Shown one piece after another: positions 57,907-64,000 of a stretch of 64,000 nt of DNA. The position numbers and the translations under genes were made by a program. Position 1 is the stretch's first letter. Each line of letters opens with the position of its first letter. The notes below the pieces were generated by a model. It did not search any database. It worked only from the letters and a program-made list of their open reading frames with translations, and was not told the DNA's origin. The DNA is from Flavobacteriales bacterium (GTDB lineage Bacteria; Bacteroidota; Bacteroidia; Flavobacteriales_D; Crocinitomicaceae), in contig CANJKA010000004.1 of assembly GCA_947474675.1 (NCBI GenBank), forward strand, positions 4,442 through 68,441, read 5' to 3'.

Positions 57907-58647
57907 ATGGGGTTTTTATCTAATTTATTTTCTTCTAAACCGAATAATCCTGTTGATTTGTCTGTTTTAAAAACAGATATGCACAGTCATTTAATTCCTG
58001 GAATTGATGATGGTTCAAAATCAATGGATGAAACGATTGCGATGCTAATCAAATTTAAGGAGTTGGGTTACAATAAAGTAATCACAACTCCTCATATTAT
58101 GAGTGATGTATATAAAAATACACCTGAGATAATTCAAAATGGCTTAGAAACTGTAAGAGAAGAATTAAAAAGAATTAATTTATCAATTGAAATTGAAGCC
58201 GCTGCAGAATATTATTTTGATGAAACATTATTTCAAAAGTTGGAATCAAATGAACTTTTAACTTTTTCTAAAAATCATGTATTAATCGAATTTTCATTCT
58301 CTTCTCCTCCTCAAAATCAAGAATCGTTATTTTATGACATGAGAATAAAGGGATACAAGCCAGTTATAGCTCATTTTGAAAGGTACTTATATTTTCATGG
58401 TTCGGTTGATCAAGCTCAAGAATGGAGAGAAAAAGGATTGCTTATTCAAATGAATGTAAATTCCCTTTTTGGACATTATGGAATGGATGTAAAAAAACAA
58501 GCAGAAAAATTGGTGGATTCAGGTCATATTGATTTATTAGGAACTGACTGTCATCGCATTGATCATTTAAACACATTAGAACAAAACCTAAATTCAAAAT
58601 ATCTCCGAAAAGTTCTTGAATTACCTCTTATAAACAGTAGTTTATAA
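57907..58647 (+). CDS. PHP-family protein-tyrosine phosphatase (CpsB/CapC/YwqE-like)
   Basis: 246 aa with DMHSHLIPGIDDGS...E and TPHI, plus later H/D metal ligands (AHFERY, GTDCH). Confidence 0.85.
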   Translation: MGFLSNLFSSKPNNPVDLSVLKTDMHSHLIPGIDDGSKSMDETIAMLIKFKELGYNKVITTPHIMSDVYKNTPEIIQNGLETVREELKRINLSIEIEAAAEYYFDETLFQKLESNELLTFSKNHVLIEFSFSSPPQNQESLFYDMRIKGYKPVIAHFERYLYFHGSVDQAQEWREKGLLIQMNVNSLFGHYGMDVKKQAEKLVDSGHIDLLGTDCHRIDHLNTLEQNLNSKYLRKVLELPLINSSL

Positions 58648-58819
58648 CTTCAAAAGTTGTTTATTCCAGGTGAACAAATATTATAGTACAATCTCCTTAT
58701 TCTTGTAGATGTTTTCTTTTTCAAAAAAACTTACAGTAGTTCATGCTATGAAACATCTTTATTCATCGTACTGATTAAAAATAACGGTGCAAAGTTAGAC
58801 CAAAATTATTCATTTGAAA

Positions 58820-59722
58820 TTAAAAATAAAGGCCTGAAACTGAAAATTTATTCTGAGAAAAAATCAAGGCTGGGAAAGGTATTTTTATATAATTAAACTG
58901 CTTAACTAAAGAACTCAACCATTTTCTTTTAATTGGTATTTTACTAAAATCAATATCAAACGAAAACAAATATTCACGCTTAGAATAATAAGTAATATTC
59001 GTTTTTAAATCCATGTATACTTCTTTATCACCAACTAATTTTTGATCGACACTATAACCTAAAGATAGACAAAACCAATTAGGGATTTTTATAGATCTAA
59101 AAAAAGAAGAAGGACTAAAACTCATCCAATATGTTTGACCATTATAATCTTTAAAAAAACTTTCTGAAAAAGTACTTCCAAGAATAGTGGGTCTTATAGA
59201 AGCATATTGTGTTGGACTATAAGAAAATTTAAATAAAATCTTTTGTTCACTCCAAATCAAATCCTGAATTGAATAACTAAAGACTCCAGCAGTATTAAAA
59301 GCCATATCACTCCAAGAAAAACCCCACTCGCTGCTTGTTCCATCCATTAATTCTAAGGTAGTTTGAAGACCCAAGCCAATACAAGAACCTAATAAAATTG
59401 ATTTGTTTTTAGTTAAGCCAGACCATTTAAATAAGTCACTTGTTAAAATACTTAATTTATTAGCCGTGTAAAAATGACCTACTTTATCCATTTGTAGCCA
59501 ATTTCTAGAATCATTAAAAGTGTGAAATTTTGCATGAGAATATTCAGAATACCAAATATTTGAAAAACCAATTGTACTAGCACTCCAAGTCAATCCAATA
59601 CCAGATGAAACACAAATAGTTCTTTTTAAATTTAAACTATCAGATTTTTCAAAAAACAAAGTTTGTGAAACAACAAAATGAGACACAAATAATAAAAGTA
59701 AAAAAGAATATAATTTCTTCAT
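58820..59722 (-). CDS. DUF2279 (YfiM-like) outer-membrane/periplasmic protein
   Basis: 300 aa with a signal peptide and the motif W.QMDKVGHFYT. Aromatic-rich, beta-barrel-like C-terminus ending in F. Confidence 0.65.
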   Translation of the reverse strand: MKKLYSFLLLLFVSHFVVSQTLFFEKSDSLNLKRTICVSSGIGLTWSASTIGFSNIWYSEYSHAKFHTFNDSRNWLQMDKVGHFYTANKLSILTSDLFKWSGLTKNKSILLGSCIGLGLQTTLELMDGTSSEWGFSWSDMAFNTAGVFSYSIQDLIWSEQKILFKFSYSPTQYASIRPTILGSTFSESFFKDYNGQTYWMSFSPSSFFRSIKIPNWFCLSLGYSVDQKLVGDKEVYMDLKTNITYYSKREYLFSFDIDFSKIPIKRKWLSSLVKQFNYIKIPFPALIFSQNKFSVSGLYF

Positions 59723-59905
59723 CGTTTCGAAGTTAAGAGAAAATAATTAATTAAAATTCAAACATTGAAGAAAAAAAGAAAGAAACAGTAAATAAATGAG
59801 ATTTTATATTAAATTTAACAAATATGTAATAATTAAAAAAACTAATTCGTTTAAGTAGAATTGGTAACAATTTCTCATTAATAAAAAGAAAATAAAAATA
59901 TAACC

Positions 59906-60589
59906 ATGAATACTACAAGAAGAGATTGGACAGAAATTAAAACAAACGATAGTTGGGCAATTTTTAAAATTATGTCTGAATTTGTTGAAGGATATGAAAG
60001 AATGTCAAAAATAGGTCCATGTGTTTCAATATTTGGTTCGGCAAGAACAAAACCAGACAATAAATACTTTCAATTATCGATCGAAATTGCATCAAAATTA
60101 GCCGAATCTGGATATGGAGTTATAACCGGAGGTGGTCCTGGAATTATGGAAGCAGCCAATAAAGGCGCACAAGAAGCAGGTGGTAAATCAGTTGGACTAA
60201 ACATTGATTTACCTTTTGAACAAAATCACAATCCATATATTGATGCTGAACATAATTTAGAATTTGATTATTTCTTCGTTCGTAAGGTAATTTTCGTCAA
60301 ATATTCTCAAGCATTCGTAGTAATGCCTGGTGGATTTGGAACATTAGATGAAATGTTCGAAGCAATGACCTTAATTCAAACAAAAAAAATAAATAATCGT
60401 CCAGTTGTACTTGTAGGTAAGGCATATTGGGAAGGTCTGTTAGACTGGATTAAGAAAGTAATGTTAGAAGATGAAAACAATATTTCTTCAAATGATTTAA
60501 ACTTATTTGCATTAGTTGATACAGCAGATGAAGCTGTAAAATACATTGATGATTTCTATAGAAATCATCAATTAACTCCTAACTTTTAA
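59906..60589 (+). CDS. LOG family (TIGR00730) nucleotide phosphoribohydrolase
   Basis: GGGPGIMEA and PGGFGTLDE motifs. Confidence 0.9.
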   Translation: MNTTRRDWTEIKTNDSWAIFKIMSEFVEGYERMSKIGPCVSIFGSARTKPDNKYFQLSIEIASKLAESGYGVITGGGPGIMEAANKGAQEAGGKSVGLNIDLPFEQNHNPYIDAEHNLEFDYFFVRKVIFVKYSQAFVVMPGGFGTLDEMFEAMTLIQTKKINNRPVVLVGKAYWEGLLDWIKKVMLEDENNISSNDLNLFALVDTADEAVKYIDDFYRNHQLTPNF

Positions 60590-60609
60590 CAGTTAATAAT
60601 TATATTTTT

Positions 60610-60650
60610 AGAAATGAGTGTTAAAATTGTAATACTCATTTCTTAATTTC
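60610..60650 (+). terminator. Terminator-like hairpin downstream of the LOG-family gene
   Basis: AGAAAUGAGU...ACUCAUUUCU (10-bp stem, 14-nt loop) followed by UAAUUUCCUU. The U-tract is weak. Confidence 0.45.
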
Positions 60651-60652
60651 CT

Positions 60653-60660
60653 TATATTTG
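60653..60660 (+). promoter_or_regulatory. -7 box TATATTTG upstream of the PASTA-protein gene
   Basis: Perfect TAnnTTTG box ending 20 nt upstream of ATG 60681. A TTG lies 23 nt upstream, which is longer than ideal spacing. Confidence 0.4.
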
Positions 60661-60680
60661 TTGTAAGATTTGATGTACCC

Positions 60681-61481
60681 ATGCAATTAATAAAAAAAAT
60701 TCTAGACTTCATTTGGAGTAAACATTTTGTAAAACGATTTGGTATTTTAATATTATCTTACATAATTGTTGTAAGTTTTGTTATTATTTATCTTGATAGT
60801 TATACTAACCACGGCCAAAAAATTAAAGTTCCAAATTTAGTAGGTAAAAATATTAATAGCATTCAAGCTTTATTAGAAGAAAGTGATCTTCAATACAAAG
60901 TAATTGAATCTAAATACGATCCGAAAAAACCAGAAGGTACGATTTTAGAACAAGATCCTATTGCGACATCATTTTCAAACGTGTTTGTTAAAGAGGAAAG
61001 AATTATTAGATTGCGAATATCTAAAAAAACTGATTTAGTAGAAATGCCAAGTTTAATCAACAAATCAGAAAGATTTGCTTTACAAGTTTTAAAAAATAGA
61101 GGTTTAAAATATAAAATAGAATACCAAACTTCCAGCGAAGCTGATGGTGCCATTCTCTTTCAAAAATACAAAGGGAGTATAATTAAAGAAGGACAAAAAA
61201 TACAAATAGGATCTGTTATTTTATTAATAATAGGTCGTAATGAAGGCGGAGAGCCTGTTCAGATTCCTAATCTTTATGGGTTAACAATTTCTGCAGCTCG
61301 CGATAGTCTTTCTAATATTTCAAACTTAGATTTTGGATTTATCTGTCCAGATTGCTTAACTCATGAAGACTCATTATCTGCAAGAATTAACGAACAAACT
61401 CCAGAATTTTTAGAAGGTGTATTATCTCCTTCAGGAACAAGGGTGAGTGTTTTTGCGACACCTCATTTTAAAAACGAATAA
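60681..61481 (+). CDS. Stand-alone PASTA-repeat membrane protein
   Basis: 266 aa with an N-terminal TM segment and three ~65-aa repeats, each beginning with V/IPNL.G (VPNLVGKN, MPSLINKS, IPNLYGLT). No kinase or PBP domain. Confidence 0.75.
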   Translation: MQLIKKILDFIWSKHFVKRFGILILSYIIVVSFVIIYLDSYTNHGQKIKVPNLVGKNINSIQALLEESDLQYKVIESKYDPKKPEGTILEQDPIATSFSNVFVKEERIIRLRISKKTDLVEMPSLINKSERFALQVLKNRGLKYKIEYQTSSEADGAILFQKYKGSIIKEGQKIQIGSVILLIIGRNEGGEPVQIPNLYGLTISAARDSLSNISNLDFGFICPDCLTHEDSLSARINEQTPEFLEGVLSPSGTRVSVFATPHFKNE

Positions 61482-61596
61482 AATATTCAGATTTAAAAAT
61501 CAATTTTATACAATAATTAAAGAAAGGTTCAGTTTAATGTATATTATTTAATTGATAAAAAAACTAGAATAATTAATTCGTATTAAACAAGTATTT

Positions 61597-63834
61597 ATGA
61601 AGATAGCAGTATTTATCTCTTTTATTTTTAATATAAGTTACAACCTCTTCTCTCAAGAAGAAGGAATTAGCTCTTTGTTATCTAATCCATATATTGTTAA
61701 AACAAATAATCATTTAAATAAAAATAATGAGAAATCAAGTTCCTCCTCTTTTGATAGCACATTCATTTACTATACAGACACTTTAACTCTTCCATTTTTT
61801 GATGAATTTAGTAAAAACAAATTCCAACAATACAATTCAAATTTTACAGATCCTGGAGTAACATCAATTAAAAAATTCCATCTTCTTAATAACATTACAG
61901 ATATTCAACTTTCTAAAGATTCAACCTACACTACTCAAGCTACGTTTAGACGAACTTATAGTATTGATCATTTAACTCATACAGACTCCCCTTTACCTTC
62001 AAGTACTATTAAAATTGGAAGCTTAACAAGTTATCCAATAAACTATGTGTCAACTGTTGTATATCCTCCATACTATATTTATGATTCATTAGAAAATCCT
62101 ACAGATATTTCAGATACAATATGGATAATTTCCCCAGACATAACTCAAGATTCTGCTACTCAATTTTTTAAATCAATTATTGACCCGAATAAATTATGGA
62201 TCGATAACAATGCTTACCATAATTATAGATTTGCTTCAAATCCATGGTCTATTGGAGTTGCTACATTTGATGGTTTAGATGAAAATGGGCATCCTTATCA
62301 ACCGGGATCATTAATTACCAATTATGGTGATTATTTAACATCTAAACCGATCGACTTATCTTTGAATACAGCAAGTGATTCAATCTATTTAAGTTTTCTT
62401 TATCAATCAGGTGGTTTTGGAGAAACTCCAGATGCAAGTGATTCATTAGTTTTAGAATTTTATGTTCGTGATCTAGATCAATGGATGTGGATTTGGAGTA
62501 CAAACGGATCAATAAACACAGATTTTAACGTCGGCCATATCTGTATAAAAAACGCACAATATTTTAAAAAAGATTTTCAATTTAGATTTAAAAATTACGG
62601 ACAATTATCTGGAGATTTTGATGTTTTTAATTTGGACTATGTTAATCTAAGAACTTTATCAGGACAACAAGATACATTATTCAAAGATTTTGCTTGGGTA
62701 TACCCAATAACAACACTTTTGAAAGATTACACTTCTGTGCCATGGGACCATTATAAAAATAATTTTTCAGGTAAAATGTCATCGAATGTAAACCTTGTAA
62801 TTAGAAATGGAAGTAATATCCCCGAAAACAACTCTACTCCAGGAAAGATATATGTAGAATATAATAATTTACTGGAAAATTCGTTTGCTATAACAGGCAA
62901 TTCGTTATCTAATAATGAATTAAACTATGCTCCAAGAACTAATTACTCAACTTTTCACGATCTTTCTACTGGATATCATTTTGATGAAAACAAAACTGGA
63001 ACAAAGGCTAGCTTCAAAATTATTGGAACAGCAGCATCTCAATTTCCTAATTTTAATCAGAACGATTCAACATTTAGTACTCAGTATTTTGGGAATTATT
63101 ATAGCTATGATGACGGATCTGCTGAAGCGGCTTATGGTTGTACAGGAACCCAATCTGAACTAGCGGTTAAATTTATTTCTTATGAATCTGATTCTATTAT
63201 TGGTATAATGACAAATTTTGTAGAAACTGCTTATGATGTTTCAAATAAATTATTTCTATTAACCGTTTGGAATGATAACAATGGGATTCCTGGAGATATA
63301 ATTTATCAGGATGAAACTTTTTTCCCAAGATCACCTATTTACCCTAGTTCAAACAATGGTTTTTATACATATTACTTCAATAACGATTTAAAAGTTAAAG
63401 TTAGTGGTCCTTTTTATATAGGATGGAAACAATTCGATGCTCAAAGATTAAATATTGGTTTTGATAAAAACATCGTGACTAATAGTAATAATTTTTACAG
63501 TAACAATTCAGGTAGCACATGGAATAATTCACAAATTGAAGGATCTATTATGATGCGACCTGTTTTTTCAACTGCCATGGATAATGAACTTGGAGTTACA
63601 GAAAAAAAAATTAATAATTCAGAAATTGTCCTATTTCCGAACCCGTCATCTGGACTTATTAGTATTAGAAATACTTCTCAAGATTTCAAGGGATTTGAAA
63701 TTTATTCACTTCAAGGTAAATTATTACTTTCAACAAAAGATACTGAAATAGACTTATCAAATTATCCTGAAGGAGTCTACTTATTTAAAACATTAGATTC
63801 TAAAAATAAAATTTACAAAGTTATAAAATACTGA
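61597..63834 (+). CDS. T9SS cargo protein of unknown function (type A C-terminal sorting domain)
   Basis: 745 aa with a signal peptide and an N/S/T/Y-rich body. C-terminal ~75 aa (LFPNPSSGLISI...IYSLQGKLL...LSNYPEGVYLFK) fits the Por/T9SS CTD. Confidence 0.8.
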   Translation: MKIAVFISFIFNISYNLFSQEEGISSLLSNPYIVKTNNHLNKNNEKSSSSSFDSTFIYYTDTLTLPFFDEFSKNKFQQYNSNFTDPGVTSIKKFHLLNNITDIQLSKDSTYTTQATFRRTYSIDHLTHTDSPLPSSTIKIGSLTSYPINYVSTVVYPPYYIYDSLENPTDISDTIWIISPDITQDSATQFFKSIIDPNKLWIDNNAYHNYRFASNPWSIGVATFDGLDENGHPYQPGSLITNYGDYLTSKPIDLSLNTASDSIYLSFLYQSGGFGETPDASDSLVLEFYVRDLDQWMWIWSTNGSINTDFNVGHICIKNAQYFKKDFQFRFKNYGQLSGDFDVFNLDYVNLRTLSGQQDTLFKDFAWVYPITTLLKDYTSVPWDHYKNNFSGKMSSNVNLVIRNGSNIPENNSTPGKIYVEYNNLLENSFAITGNSLSNNELNYAPRTNYSTFHDLSTGYHFDENKTGTKASFKIIGTAASQFPNFNQNDSTFSTQYFGNYYSYDDGSAEAAYGCTGTQSELAVKFISYESDSIIGIMTNFVETAYDVSNKLFLLTVWNDNNGIPGDIIYQDETFFPRSPIYPSSNNGFYTYYFNNDLKVKVSGPFYIGWKQFDAQRLNIGFDKNIVTNSNNFYSNNSGSTWNNSQIEGSIMMRPVFSTAMDNELGVTEKKINNSEIVLFPNPSSGLISIRNTSQDFKGFEIYSLQGKLLLSTKDTEIDLSNYPEGVYLFKTLDSKNKIYKVIKY

Positions 63835-64000
63835 TGCAAGAAGATTTCGAAGATATTGAGAATGAAGAAAACGGAGAAGATGAATTATTTGAACATTATC
63901 ATTTCAAAGTAGATCCAGGACAAGAAATATTGAGGATAGACAAATTTTTATTAGATCGATTACCGAATACTTCTAGAAATAAAATACAATTTGCTGCTAA
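63834..64000 (+). CDS. RluA/RluD-family pseudouridine synthase, 3'-truncated by window edge
   Basis: My own translation from ATG 63834 (ATGA overlap with the upstream stop) gives MQEDFEDIENEENGEDELFEHYHFKVDPGQEILRIDKFLLDRLPNTSRNKIQFAA. The S4-like RIDKFL....LP..SRNKIQ motif is present. Not in the supplied track. Confidence 0.7.
   Translation, partial: MQEDFEDIENEENGEDELFEHYHFKVDPGQEILRIDKFLLDRLPNTSRNKIQFAA

Noticed and set aside
58648-58819. 172-nt convergent intergenic region as an sRNA or small-protein locus (21-codon ORF MFSFSKKLTVVHAMKHLYSSY; imperfect GATGTTT/AAACATC repeat)
   Set aside because: There is no promoter box, no convincing terminator, and only weak AT-rich pairings. The evidence is insufficient to call a feature.
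1-64000. CRISPR arrays, IS elements or transposases, prophage genes, toxin-antitoxin pairs and known defence systems
   Set aside because: No repeat-spacer periodicity, terminal inverted repeats, transposase-like ORFs or defence-gene motifs were seen. The longest non-coding stretch is about 180 nt.

Overview
AT-rich chromosomal segment from a Bacteroidota (Flavobacteriia-like) genome. Lineage clues are a T9SS C-terminal sorting domain, TAnnTTTG -7 promoter boxes, almost no Shine-Dalgarno sequences, and the rpsU-recombinase-hpf-tRNA-tuf layout. The centre (25.0-39.6 kb, minus strand) is the conserved transcription/translation block: rpsU, a Xer-like recombinase, hpf, tRNA-Thr/Tyr/Gly/Thr, tuf, tRNA-Trp, secE, nusG, rplK, rplA, rplJ, rplL, rpoB, rpoC, then a DUF3467 gene. 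To its left lie zapA, rny and a 12.6-kb Wzx/Wzy-type surface-polysaccharide locus (7973-20537, minus strand) whose core is strikingly AT-rich. That locus holds a WbpP-like epimerase, two Wzy_C-domain proteins, a Wzx flippase, 3 GT4-type and 1 GT2 transferases, a PIG-L deacetylase, an LpxD-like acyltransferase, an aminotransferase and a PglC/WcfS-like initiating transferase. To the right (50.5-58.6 kb, plus strand) is a nucleotide-sugar precursor locus: WbpE/D/B/A-like enzymes for a 2,3-diacetamido uronic acid interleaved with ugd and uxs, then rfbB and a CpsB-type phosphatase. The remainder is housekeeping or transport. No CRISPR array, IS element, prophage or recognisable defence system was found. 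No single unambiguous novel system is visible. The best candidates for follow-up are an orphan SiaB/SiaC-like kinase/phosphoprotein pair next to coaE, a deacetylase plus LpxD-paralog module inside the polysaccharide locus, a recurrent leaderless promoter-ATG arrangement at four genes, and an rpsU terminator whose hairpin contains the recombinase start codon. All protein calls rest on motif recognition in the supplied translations, not on database searches.
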